Positions 27,284 through 40,580 of a stretch of 64,000 nt of DNA are shown piece after piece. The stretch comes from Octopus vulgaris (taxonomy: Eukaryota). The notes under the pieces are model-generated. The model had not been told where the DNA came from and ran no database searches. It saw nothing but the letters and a program-made list of their open reading frames with translations. The stretch spans positions 12,028,001 to 12,092,000 of the forward strand of contig OX597826.1 in the NCBI GenBank assembly GCA_951406725.2, written 5' to 3'. A program made the position numbers and the translations under genes. Numbering within the stretch: position 1 is the first letter of the stretch; the number at the start of each line of letters is the position of its first letter.

Positions 27284-28014
27284 ATATACCACTTGTGATG
27301 GTATTTTAATAATACCATCCCTATATTTATATATATATATATATATATACATATGATTTGTGCGAGTTGTCCGTTTTCCTCAGGGCAAAGCGTACGGTAG
27401 GATTCGAAAATGAATTCTCCCTCAATCCATTCAGCCATGCAAGCGTTAAGGACAGCCAGGCCATACTCAATGAAATGACTTTCACTGTTCCTTAACGCTT
27501 CTTGGCCCACTCCTGTCTTTTAGGACCGCAAGTATTTCACACACACACACACATACACACTAACATACACACACACACACACACACACACCCACGCACAC
27601 ACACACAAACACACACACACACACACATGCTCGAACGCTTCGTATGAATCACATCAAGCATGATATAATGTATTGCGATGCTGAAGGTTACAAACCTGGT
27701 TCTAAGTATATTGTTTCCCCTGATTTCCCTTGACACACAATAGATATTGAACACTTCCCAAATTCAATTTTGTGGTAAGAAAGTTCCTGTGACTTTGTGA
27801 CACTGGAATAGTTGGAAGTAGAATTACGCTCCAAAGAGAACGATTCCCCAAAATTTCAGTAAGTATTCTGCCACTGATGGCAGCACGTGCATAAACGCAT
27901 GCATATATGCTTCCATGCATAAGCGCACGCACTTACTCAGGCAAAGATATATATATATAAATATAGGGATGGTATTATTAAAATACCATCACAAGTGTAT
28001 TTTTTTTTTTTTTT

Positions 28015-28068
<54 letters not shown>

Positions 28069-28217
28069 ATATATATATACAATATAATATATATATATAT
28101 ATTATATATATGTATGTATATATATATATATAAATATATATATAATATATAATGTATATATATTATATATGTATATATATATATATGTGTGTGTGTATGT
28201 ATGTATATTTTAAAAAT

Positions 28218-28380
28218 CTTTTTCTTGTTTCAGTTATTAGACAGCGGCCATACTGGGGCACAGCCTTGAAGAAATCTTATTCTATCGATTTCTCTTGCCG
28301 AACAGATAGGTTATGGGGCGTAAAAACACCAACACCAGTAGTAAATCAGTGGTAGGGGACACTCACAGACACAAAAAACA
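28218..28380 (-). mobile_element. SINE family A 3' fragment
   Basis: Diverged tail. Confidence 0.7.
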
Positions 28381-28477
28381 GGCAGACACGCACACACACA
28401 CACCATAATACACACATTCACACACACAAACACACATGTATATTTATCTATTTGTTTATATCTCTCTCTATATATAC

Positions 28478-28512
<35 letters not shown>

Positions 28513-28543
28513 AGTATATACATATATACATAAATACACATTG

Positions 28544-28574
<31 letters not shown>

Positions 28575-28655
28575 TGTATATCTATCTATTTGTTTATATA
28601 TCTTTCTATATATACATATACATACACATATATACATACATGCTGGGTCGACTAC

Positions 28656-28698
28656 GCTACATTGACAAAGGGAAAATACCCTGAAACGCGTCTGTAGC
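28656..28698 (+). ncRNA. Minimal type I hammerhead ribozyme, U3-A8 core variant
   Basis: GCTACA-TTGACAA-AGGG(AAAATA)CCCT-GAAA-CGCG-TC-TGTAGC: 6-bp stem I, 4-bp stem II, palindromic ACGCGT stem III, predicted cleavage after C28692. Confidence 0.72.
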
Positions 28699-28924
28699 TG
28701 TCTGACTGGCAGTGTGAAGCGGCTGACCTCCCTTGTTCGAAGGTTATAATGGACACAGTTTGTGTGTCAAATAGCTATCTTAACGCGATGGCCTCATGGA
28801 GCTAATCAGCGACAGCTTTTAGTCTTATATCTATAAGACTGCCATATTAATATGGCGATAACAATTAATTTCCAGTAACGCTGCTGTAATCTCTTTTAGA
28901 GAGACTTAGTAATTTTAATATTTC

Positions 28925-28959
<35 letters not shown>

Positions 28960-30012
28960 TATATACATATATATACATAAATACACATAGACACGCACAC
29001 ACGCAGACTTATAATCTTAAAAAAAAAGCGATGTGGAACATCTTTAGTTGATGCTGTAATTGCTCAGTATTGATTTCGGGCTGAACAACAGCAACACAAG
29101 CATTATCATGGCCGACGAAGGAGTATTTATGCAGTTGCGCCCTCAAGGCACAGCTTTCCGTCTACAGAAACAGAAAATGTGAATACATTGCTTGAAATAA
29201 TTCTATATTTGGAAAAAACGAAAATGGAATAGTTATTCATACAGCGCTTTCGGAAATAGCTTTGCTTCACCTGGCTTAAGCCGCAGGTCCTTGGATGGGT
29301 TTTTATGGGAGTGTGAGAAAAACTGAATACTTATGTTTTAGCCAGACTAACCAGATCAACTTGCTGAGCGGTACCCCTCTGAAAATCTCCTTCGTTTCAC
29401 TTTTCTCGTTGAATAATATCACATGCAGCCACAAGTTGTACCAATTTGCATAATAAAATCATAAAGTTTACTTGATAAAGAAAGACTTATTTGGAAATCT
29501 ACACTGCCTGACAGAACGGGAAGGGAATTCTTCAGAATCAGTGTAGAATCAGTTCTTTATTGTTTTTAAAACAAGGATAAAAAGCAAGGATCATGAGATC
29601 TGTTCATCTATGTTGTTCCCAATAAATCATGGAAAAACATACGACAGAAAAGCTTTATGGAAATATTCCCTATATATCATCAATCATTTCTGAGCAGGGT
29701 TCAAGATATACTGTTGCATATGTTGAAGCTAATATGAATTGTTTTAGCTGGCTTTGTTTACGGATCCCTAGCAATGAGAAATCTGATGCCGGATGATCCG
29801 GAATGACGTACATCCATCAACAATCACATGATGTCGAGAAAAACCTCAAAAAAAAATTAATGTTTTAGGTTTGGGCACCCGCTCGAAATGCTAGAGTGCG
29901 TGCCTGCGCGAATATACGCGGCAACACACACACGCACGTACGCACACACGCACTTACGCGCACACACACATTGATACGCACGTATACACATGCATATATA
30001 TGTGTGTATATA

Positions 30013-30056
<44 letters not shown>

Positions 30057-30414
30057 TATAGGGTGAAAGATAATTAACTTAATAAAATCAACAAATTTCA
30101 CCGAGTAGTATTTCGGTATAGAAAAGGACCATATTCGGTAAAAACTTATATAATTATAACAATAAGGTTTTGCAACATGTTGCTTGACCACATACCGAAA
30201 AAATTTAGAAATAGCAGTCAAAGGACTACTATTTCCTTTTTCTACAAAAATATGTCTCCACAGACAACAATATTTGTAACTCACACATATATTTTTTATA
30301 TTTATATTTATATTTATATTTTATCTAGTTTCAGCTCACGATCTGTGGTCATGCATATACACAGGAGGAGACTATACAAACACATACATACATACATACA
30401 TACACACATACATA

Positions 30415-30539
<125 letters not shown>

Positions 30540-30850
30540 ATATATATACATACATATATATATACCAGGAGGCTGACAAGTTCCTGGCTTTGGGTAAACG
30601 AAAATACAGGAGGATTAGGATTAGGTATTTATGGTTTTAGTCAGCATGTTTCTCTTTCAGATACACAAACTTATTTGCAGCGGTCCTTCAGTTTTTCTAA
30701 GCCCTGTAAAAGAACTCGGAAGAATGGGCCTCCTGCCAGGCCTTTCGCGATAGCCACCAACTTTCAAGCACCCTGTCCCCGTGACCGCGTGTGTACCGTT
30801 GGCGATTTTTTTCCTCCGTCTTCCCTTCTTTGGATCTTTCCTTTTCCTAT

Positions 30851-30885
30851 GTTTCTGACGAAGAGCTCCGCTCGAAACGTTTAAT
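30851..30885 (+). ncRNA. Minimal hammerhead-like motif (extra A after A9, weak stem I) in a Penelope-like tail (~30770-30990)
   Basis: GTTT-CTGACGA-A-GAGC(TCC)GCTC-GAA-ACGT-T-TAAT; palindromic ACGT; stem I is partly mismatched. Confidence 0.55.
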
Positions 30886-31000
30886 CCTCCTTCTTTCTTT
30901 CCTTTCCTCAGGGTCCAATAATATTATACTTATTACACGTCCTCGTGTTGTTGTGTTTTCTCTTTGTGTTTTCATGTTTGGATTAACTATATACATACGT

Positions 31001-31042
<42 letters not shown>

Positions 31043-31359
31043 ACACACACACATATATATATATGTGTGTGTGTGTATATGTATGTATGTATGTATGTGT
31101 GTGTGTGTGTCAGTGTACAAGTTATCGGAAAGATCAAGTGGAATAATTAATGATAGGGCCCAGAAAGTGTGTCAATAGCCAGCTGGAGGAGGTGTCCTCC
31201 TGGGGCTACAAGCTACAGTAGCATCCACCCTTAGGAGTTAGCCACATTTAAGTGGCAAGTATACTTCACATTGTCGTGTTGCTACTGTTTATACCTCGTT
31301 CAGAGATTTATTAAATAAATAATTTGTATGTACAATTTCAGATTTAAATTAGAATTTGA

Positions 31360-32260
31360 ATTAGGAGACGACACATCAAATCTTTATTTTCCTATATTTC
31401 AAAAGATAGATTAGTGTTAAAATTATAGAAACAAAAAGGAAAACAACTCTAATGTCATTTTTCTGCAGGTAATATTGATAATGAATATAAAAGAGTAAGA
31501 GTTTTAATATTTTATTAAAAATATATTCATGAATTTTCAGTCATTCGGTAACCTCTCCATGATAGTTGCATCCGTCTTTTTATTTATGAATGTTTTCTAC
31601 TTTAGCAAAAAGGGCAAGGGTGTTCTTTATACTTGACACTCAGTGCCGGATAACTCTGATGGTGTTCTCTTCTATGTCGCTGGATTTTCAGGTTCGTTAG
31701 AACGTTAGACAAACGTTTTGCTCTATAGTTATGTCAGCGTCTATACTCAAATCTCACAGCAAAGTTCTTGGTATATCTGTAAAAAAACATATCGAGAAAT
31801 AGATCATGTCAGACCAAATACTTTAATGTGTTGTTTTAAAATAACAAAAGGATGAAATCATGGTTTACCTGATCTAGTCTAGTCTTACATGGTCACATGA
31901 CCTTTACAGAAAAACGATGACCTGTGCAACGTGATGCCTCATGAAACTGCCTTGCATCTAAATATAGGATACAGCAACTGGAATACAAGCTGGGTCCTCG
32001 TCGTTTTGGTTTCCAACATCTTCGGAGTAACAAATAAATAAAATAAAGTAACAATTAAATAAAAATTCATGTTATACATTAAAAGATATATGGAAAAAAT
32101 ATTTTGAGAAAAGTGTATACGCATGAATATAATGTATCGCAAAGACATTAAGTTATCAATATATAAAGCCGTGAATACGGTTTTAAAAACACCAGCACCG
32201 ATTTTCATACGGTAATGGGGTGAGGAACAAACAGAAAAAAGATACAGACAGGCAGATAGA

Positions 32261-32319
<59 letters not shown>

Positions 32320-32917
32320 CCCCCCCCTTCCTGTCGTTCACCCGCGACGATACTTCCGCTCTGACTATCATTCTGGCCTGGCCTTTCAAGGTAACGGACG
32401 ACATTCTTCCTTCTCCTCTCGTCGTTCACAAAAAATTCTGCGTTCGCAATACTTGTTTTCATTCGGCGTCAACAGCCCTTCTTATCTTGTTTTTCCTGTC
32501 CTGTTTTTTACTGTTTATATTTTGTACTGTCGTTATTGTCCTGTTTTTTTACCATTTTTTTTACCATTTTTTACCCCTCTGCGAAAAGATCTCAGAATTT
32601 TAATTGATTTGCTTTTCGCAGGAAGGAAAGTTTCTTGTCGAAGATACGTCTCGCTTTTATCCTTCGAAACGTAGAGTAGATGAAACCGTAGCGACTGAAG
32701 AAGGGTTTTTTTCTTTGTGTTAATTGTCCTGTACTCCATTTTTTTGTTGTTTTTAAAAAAATTTCCAGTTCCTTTGGTTTGTGTCTATGTTTTCGTTTCT
32801 CTTTGTGTTCGACGTCCCTTTGGTGTCCTGTACTCGTATATGCGTGTATATGTACATGTAGAGGTAGGTACGTACATATATGTTTATATATATGCATATG
32901 TTTTATTTCATTTATTA

Positions 32918-32964
<47 letters not shown>

Positions 32965-33145
32965 GTGTATGTATGTATAGATACAGAACGGGTTTCTTTC
33001 AGTTTCGGCTTACCGAATTCACTCATAATATTTGGTCGGGCCGAGGCTACGGTAGAAGACAGTTGTCCAAGTTGCCAGACAGTGAGATTGAACCCAGAAC
33101 CTTTTAACTGGGAAGCAAACTTCTTACCACACCACTATACATGTA

Positions 33146-33233
<88 letters not shown>

Positions 33234-33245
33234 TATAGACATAAT

Positions 33246-33289
<44 letters not shown>

Positions 33290-33333
33290 CACGTGCATTC
33301 ATACAAGCATACATGCATACATACACACGCACG

Positions 33334-33371
<38 letters not shown>

Positions 33372-33905
33372 TATATATATATGTGAATGTTCATATGTGT
33401 GCGTCTATGAATGTGTGATATTTGAATGTGAATGATTTTTAAAAGATAGAACATTACTCTAGATTACAATGTTTAGTAAAATGAATTAGAAGGTGCATTA
33501 ATTATAACTTATTAAAATATAATGGGGCGTCAAGTAAACTCTTCACAAGTATCCGTGTGGATCGAGGATAAGTTTGCAAACAAAGAACGGACAAAATATA
33601 ACAACATTACTACAAAAATGACACAAAATCTCGCAGAGACGAAGACACTCGAATATTATGATAGACATAATTCAATATGATAACATGTCAGCTAAAATTT
33701 TAGAAGGTCATTTATGATTATAGTTGACCTTCAGTGGAAGTTCGTTCAGACTGGTCAAAGTCACGAGGTGTAACATCTGAAAATAACAAAAATAATTACA
33801 TAAATCATACATGTGTGTTGGTGTCTGTGTGTGTGTGTGTATTGGTGTCTGATGACGTTTAGGAATGATTTGAATTTTTATATCTGTCGGCTTAGCACCG
33901 CCAAA
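31360..33905 (-). pseudogene. Decayed or truncated genomic duplicate of the nested orphan gene
   Basis: Aligns with 17040-18660 including introns. Exon 33776-33729 (DVTPRDFDQSERTSTE) is intact. The 60-nt exon homolog has acceptor AG->AA (33575-33574) and an in-frame TGA. Exon 32019-31869 has an early TAG (31960-31958). 3' exon from 31776. Interrupted by TE and microsatellite inserts. Confidence 0.75.
32985..33140 (-). mobile_element. SINE family A 5' fragment
   Basis: Diverged head. Confidence 0.75.
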
Positions 33906-33974
33906 GGTTATCTCAAAATATTTACATAGAGTGTGTTACTAGAGTGAGATCTGTTGTATATTTATCAAACATGG

Positions 33975-34295
33975 CTAAAGGGTAAAGATCCCCTTCGGTC
34001 ATGAATGGCCATGGGTTTGCAGTTAAAATGTTACCATCTTAGAGACAAATCCGGGCAAAGTTGTTTATGGAAGCCCATTCATACCAGCCTCTCCTCTCCG
34101 TGCCACCGATGTTATTGAAGGGAAGGCCAAAGGTTGATACAGCTTGGCTCCAGTGACGTCGTAACTCGTTTCCACAGATGAATAAACTGGACAAATGTGA
34201 AAAAAAGTGTCTTCCTCAAGAACACAACACACAGCCCAGTCGGGGAATCTAACTCACTATCTCATGAGCGTGATGTCGACGCTCTAACAAATTAC
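33975..34295 (-). mobile_element. Diverged tRNA-derived SINE (family D)
   Basis: Minus-strand tRNA-like head and GTGTTCTTGAGGAAGACAC core. Confidence 0.6.
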
Positions 34296-34709
34296 AATAT
34301 CACTTACAGGTTTACACACACACACAGACACACGCACAAGACATGCAAAGTCACACATATATGCAAAGAGACACATATATACACGTGTGTTCGCGTGTGA
34401 GTGTGTGTGTGAATGTGTGTGTGTATTCATGGAGAGATGCTTACATAATTACAAACATGCTTATTAATACAAAATTCAATAGGTTGTGATCAGAGAGTGC
34501 TATATGTACTGCTATATGTACGATGTCTAACTTCAACAACTCGTCCTACAAAGACAACTTACAATATTGATCCCATTGTCTTATTATTATCTCCACACTG
34601 ATGAGTTCTTTTTTTACTCGAATCTACAGATTGCAGTATTGTATTACCGGCGTTAAGGTACCTACTTGTCTTCTGTATATACACATACACATACATACAC
34701 CACACACAA

Positions 34710-34785
<76 letters not shown>

Positions 34786-34920
34786 GCACTTATGCTTGTA
34801 TATTTACATACATATATACATACAGGGAGTGAGAGAGAGAGAGAGAAAGACAGAGACAGACAGATGAATAAGATAAACATATGGACAGATAAATAGACAA
34901 GTGTGTATATATATATATAT

Positions 34921-35077
34921 ATCACCGTAATATATATCCAGTAATTTTTTTACTAGTTTTATCTTGTCTCTTTGTCTTTTCTCCATGTTGCTATATGAAA
35001 ACTTAAGGTGGTCTTAGATTCGGTTCATGGCTGCTATTTTCAGCATGGTGGTATCTCGTAGATACCCTAATTTATAA

Positions 35078-35121
<44 letters not shown>

Positions 35122-35280
35122 CGTAATAAATATCCAGTAATTTTTTACTAGTTTCATCTTGTCTCTTTGTCTTTTCTCCATGTTGCCATATGAAAACTTA
35201 AGGTGGTCTTAGAGTCGGTTCATGGCTGCTATTTTCAGCATGGTGGTATCTCGTAGATACCCTAATTTATAATTTTAATA
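34921..35280. repeat. ~165-bp direct duplication separated by (TA)n
   Basis: 34921-35085 and 35117-35280 are near-identical. Confidence 0.92.
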
Positions 35281-35474
35281 TACATATATATTGTGAGCAA
35301 AACATATTTAGAATAAAATGTGGAAAAGCATAAACTAATTTAAATTAATTTTCATTAATTTTGCATCATAATTACGTATTGAATTAATTATGCATATCTT
35401 TAAATAAACAGTAATGGGAATTAATTAGATGGTTATATATCTGTGAAATATTTGCTTTTCTGCATCGTTCCCTC

Positions 35475-35556
<82 letters not shown>

Positions 35557-35595
35557 CGCTCGGTCGCATAATTTTCTACACTTGAATCACCTGAT

Positions 35596-35635
<40 letters not shown>

Positions 35636-35636
<1 letters not shown>

Positions 35637-35889
35637 TGGTTTGGTGCATAATTATTGAGGCTTTTTTCAACAAATTTTATTCAACAAAAGCTGTAACAAC
35701 ATGTAACAAAACCATCTTTAAATGTTTAAATGATTATTCCGGAGCATATTCACCATCTCCTTCAATTACTACTTCTCATTTGCTTGGCAGGCGGTCAGAC
35801 CATCATTTAGAAATGTTTTTGTTAAATATTGTTATTGTTTTTGTTGAATAAAATTTGTTGAAAAAATGCCGCAATAAATATGCACCAAC

Positions 35890-35893
<4 letters not shown>
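35636..35893. mobile_element. mariner-type MITE in (TA)n
   Basis: ~55-bp imperfect TIRs TTGGTTTGGTGCATAATTATTG... / ...CAATAAATATGCACCAACCCAA. Confidence 0.8.
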
Positions 35894-35942
<49 letters not shown>

Positions 35943-35947
<5 letters not shown>

Positions 35948-36490
35948 GACATCCCATAAATAATGACGTTTATTTATACTTCTATCATTTTTCAAAATCA
36001 AGATAAACAAAGTTATTTTTACTTTAAAATATGCCCTCCTTCATTTTCCACAATGCTCTTCCATCCATCTAGTAAACTTGCAAGGCCCCTCTTCCAAAAC
36101 TAACTTGTCCGTGACGAAGAATAGTCCACTCGTACAGATCTGATCACGTCTACAAAATTCATATTTTCTCTGTGCAAGTGATATTGAAGATAGCGGTATA
36201 AATGTTAATCAGATGGAGCAATGTCCGGTAAATATGCTGGTTGGGGCATCGTTTCCTATTCAAAGTGCTCCAGCTTTCGGGATGTCATCCTCGGTTTATG
36301 TAGCTGAGCATTATCCTGACGGAAGAAAACCTTTCGTCTTGAAAGCAAAGACAGTCATTTTATTTCTAGCGCTGACTTTAAACGCTCAAGCCGCTTGCAG
36401 TAGATTTCCTTTGTTATCGTTTGGTTTGGGTTTAAAAGTTCAAAGTAGATTAAACCTTTCGTATCCCAACAAACAGATAACTACACCTTA
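35943..36490 (-). mobile_element. mariner transposase remnant
   Basis: Minus strand PDIAPSD*HLYR (YSPDLAPSDYHLF motif) and FWKRGLASL..WKSIVENEGGHI; TIR adjacent to TA. Confidence 0.75.
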
Positions 36491-36689
36491 AGTGGGTGAA
36501 AACCTTTAGCCTGAGGTACCGATGTTTATTATTTCCCTACCCACTGCCTTCGGAGCACTACCGTAAGTAGATCGTGTGCCGTCCGCGTTGGCCCTTCTCT
36601 TTACAGTCCTCAGACCCCACAAAAAAGACATATTGTCCAAAAGTGCAACTCCTTGCTGGAATGTGAATTCCGAGCCTTCAGTCATTTAT

Positions 36690-37415
36690 GGGCATGTACC
36701 ACAATTAAGACGTCTGCATTTTTTAACTGTTGGTATCGTACTGAATATAGTTTTGCATTTGTTAGGAGTCTCTTGAGTGATTTGTGTTGTCTTTTGCATT
36801 TGAGGAGTTTATGTGTAATTAGGATGTTGTTCGTTTTCGGGTCTTGAGTGAGCAGAGGGGTATTTTGTATAATTGTGTTGTATGCTTCATTGTTTCTGGG
36901 GTTGTGGGTTGATATGTATGGGAGTGATTTAAAGGGAGGTGTGGCGTTTTGTTTTGTTGTCCTTAGTGTGCTTGTGTCCAATTTCTTGGCACGTTCCATT
37001 CCATGGTCTAAAAGTGCGTGGGGGTGGTGTACTGACGTTCATTGTGTGTTATTTTGAGATCTTGTAGGCGAAGTTCCCGAGTAGTTGCGTCAGATACAAT
37101 TGTACTGATCCTTTGAGCTAGATTGAATGGGGTATTTATTTTGGTGTGTTTAGGATGGCATGAACTGAAAAGGAGATACTGTTTTGAGTCTGTTGGTTTG
37201 TAGTAGATGTCAGTGACAATTTGGTTGTTGGATTTTTAATAATCAAAATGTCCCAAAATGGGAGCTGTTCCTTGCTATATTCCATTGTAAATTGAATATT
37301 GTTTAGTATAGATTTGAAATCCAGGAGTTTATCATAGGTTTCGTTCCAGATGATAAAACAATCGTCTAGGTACCTTTTTCAGTTTTCTCTTGTATACTGG
37401 TGGAATGAGGGACCA
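36690..37415 (-). mobile_element. Penelope-like element RT/thumb fragment
   Basis: Minus strand KRYLDDCFIIW, then IVTDIYYKPTDSKQYLLFSSCHPKHTKINTPFNLAQRI, typical of PLE RT and the following region. Confidence 0.85.
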
Positions 37416-37441
37416 AATACATGTATTTATATGTGTATATG

Positions 37442-37502
<61 letters not shown>

Positions 37503-37783
37503 GTATAGGGACTTATATGTATACATTCGTGTGTGTGAGTGTATGTGTGTAAACACGCATGAATATGTTACTGTAAGTCGATATATTTCTTTGTAAAAAT
37601 ATAAATCAGTTTTTCCTCAACGTATTTGTACAAAACGCGTATGGATGAGTTTCCTTTTATACACAAGCACATACATTTTATGTATATATTTGCACTATAC
37701 ATCCGTATATAATTACATGCATATGCATATATATATATATGGTAGAATGTATGCAAACATACATACATATATTTATACATGTG

Positions 37784-37850
<67 letters not shown>

Positions 37851-37883
37851 CATATGTGTGCGTGTGTGTGTGCATATATAAAA

Positions 37884-37918
<35 letters not shown>

Positions 37919-38377
37919 CACATATACACATGCACAAACACGCACACAAGTGTATCTAGCGATGTGACCCTAGATTAATGTTCCAGATTTTCTGTCCATA
38001 TTTGTAACAATCGCCTGTTACTGAATGCGTTAGATCTGTTGGCAAAATTTCCCTGATAACAGCAAAGCATGTACAGCACTTATCGATTTGATATCGGCTT
38101 CGTATACCTCCTGGGTTTTCTAAGTCTGTGATATTTAACTATGTACTTTTTTAATATATTAGTTCTAGAAATAAAAATGGATCAAAACTAGAATTGAATC
38201 CGCCCTTTTCATTCTGCATTCTTAAGTATTTCACACAATCAGCGTTGTAGCTGTTTTAATGATGTTGGAATCATTCTCAGAAGACAACTGGGGTGATTTT
38301 TACAGCAGAGAGTGATTATGATTTAGCCAAATCGGTTGGCCAACGGGAAAAAATGCTTTGTTTTATTAAATTATATA

Positions 38378-38795
38378 GCTATTTCTTTACTACCCACAAG
38401 GGGCTAAACACAGAAGGAACAAAGAAGGACAGACAAATGGATTAAGTCGATTATATCGACCCCAGTGCGTAACTGGTACTTAATTTATCGACCCCGAAAG
38501 AATGAAAGGTAAAGTCGACCTCGGCGGAATTTGAACTCAGAACGTAGCGCAGACGAAATACCTATTTCTTTACTATCCCCAAGGGGCTAAACATAGAAAG
38601 GACAAATAAGGACAGACAAACGGATTTAGTCGATTATATCGACCCCAGTGCGTAACTGGTACTTAATTTATCGACCCACAAAGGATGAAAGGCAAAGTCG
38701 ACCGCGGTGGAATTTGAACTCAGAACGTAACGGCAGACGAAATACGGCTATGCATTTCGCCCGGCGTGCTAACGTTTCTTCCAGGTCGCCGCCTT
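38378..38795 (-). mobile_element. SINE family B, tandem dimer
   Basis: Reverse complement of 13490-13905. Confidence 0.92.
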
Positions 38796-39722
38796 TTGTT
38801 TTATTAAATTATATACCTTTACATTCTGGATTCAATTTTATTCAAGGGCAATAAAATGATGTACCAATAAACAATTGGATCGATTTAATTAAATATTTCC
38901 TCGTCCGCGTCGAATATTGCCCTTGACAAACGTGTAACACATCTAAGCAACAGAGATATACGGGAATAATTAATAATGAGAAATATTAGTAATGACATTT
39001 GAAGCTGTTCCTCCTTTTCTGAAAGCTTTTGTGACATAAACGCAAAGTTCAATGTACATGACTAAGAATCACAATGGGAAGCTATTCCTGGATATTATCC
39101 CTTCTAGATATTTGATTTCCAACATATAACACTGATATATTTTTCTTTTGTTGTCGCTATGTCTCATAGATCCACTATTTATATTCAGCTTACGTAGTTC
39201 TAAACAACTAAGAGATTAACGCACCACTGCTTAAGATGTTGGCCAGTCGTAGGTGACATCTTTAAGTTGAAATCTTACGCAAGAATGAACATCCACGCAT
39301 AAAAAGGTCAGTCGTAAAGTGTTGCTTCTTATATTGGTGAATTCCACTTTCCCGGGGGATACTTGAATTTATCATTTGTTCTATTCTGCTGTTTGGGTCT
39401 TAATCACATATAGATTGCTATATCAGTGGTTTATTTAAATTCTCTGTCTCTCGACTCTTTGCTATTCATATCGAGTCCCTTACTGCAGTTTCTTCAAATG
39501 CACTCGCACCAAAACACACGCACTCGGATTTACAAATATAAAGAAAAATGTAGTAGCCGATTTGATGTGGCAGTTAAAACCATCAGCAGTAGAAAGCAAA
39601 AAATTGATTTGATATAATCTGTGTGTGTGTGCGTGTGTGCATGTATAAACGTCTGTTTCGTATCAAAAGCTTTAGGACTCTCCCTACTTGACATCTTGCC
39701 GAAGTGACACTTAATATACTAC

Positions 39723-39805
<83 letters not shown>

Positions 39806-40304
39806 CGTGTGTGTGTTTCTTTTTTTACCATTGCATTGTAGAAGGAATTCGGAGGGCGGAAATTGATGAATGCATGTTATATGTTTTGTGGATTTGGATT
39901 TAATCAGTGAGCGGGTTTAACCTCACAACTTTATCCTATGTCACCATGTCACCTCTAGCATGGGGCGCTCTGTTTAAATTGTTGGAGACAGATCTTATGT
40001 TTCAATATATCATCTTACCTTTCTCCCATTACTTCAAAAGTTTCTGTGGCCCTGCAAAAGGCCATGGCTGGTGATGTAGTGAAATACAAAATCATTAAAT
40101 AGAAACTCAATGAAAACGCTTCGGTTTCTTAATAAATATTTTATTTCCTCAAATTCCTCTCTAATATTTTTGTTTTATACTAAATATCCTTCTTTACATA
40201 ACTTCATTTCATCTCTGTCCGAAGATGTTTTTATAGTGTGTTGTATATTGTAATCATATTTTAAGATTTGAGCAAGATACAGGTTGGAGAGATAATATAT
40301 TCAC

Positions 40305-40352
40305 TTTACTTGTTTTAATCATTTGACTGCAGCCATGCTGGAGCACCGCCTT

Positions 40353-40418
<66 letters not shown>

Positions 40419-40580
40419 CGACGGGCTTCTTTCAGTTTCTGTCTACCAAATCCACTCACAAGGCTTTGGTCGGCCCGAGGCTATAGTAGAAGACACTTGC
40501 CCAAGGTACCACGCGGTGGGACTGAACCTGGAACCATGTGGTTGGTAAGCAAGCTACTTACCACACAGCCACTCCTGCAC
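40305..40580 (-). mobile_element. SINE family A with internal deletion
   Basis: Head and tail joined through (TA)n. Confidence 0.9.

Noticed and set aside
32632-32705. Hammerhead-like GAAACGTA / CTGAAGA in a retroelement-like tail
   Set aside because: Core elements in the wrong order or mutated (TTGTCGA) with weak stems; at most a relic.
34598-34640. CTGATGA followed by hairpins as a hammerhead
   Set aside because: No GAAA and no stem I in the required register.
39260-39385. Possible first exon of the second nested paralog
   Set aside because: Only superficial similarity (CAAATG, CCCGGG), early stop and no protein-level match.
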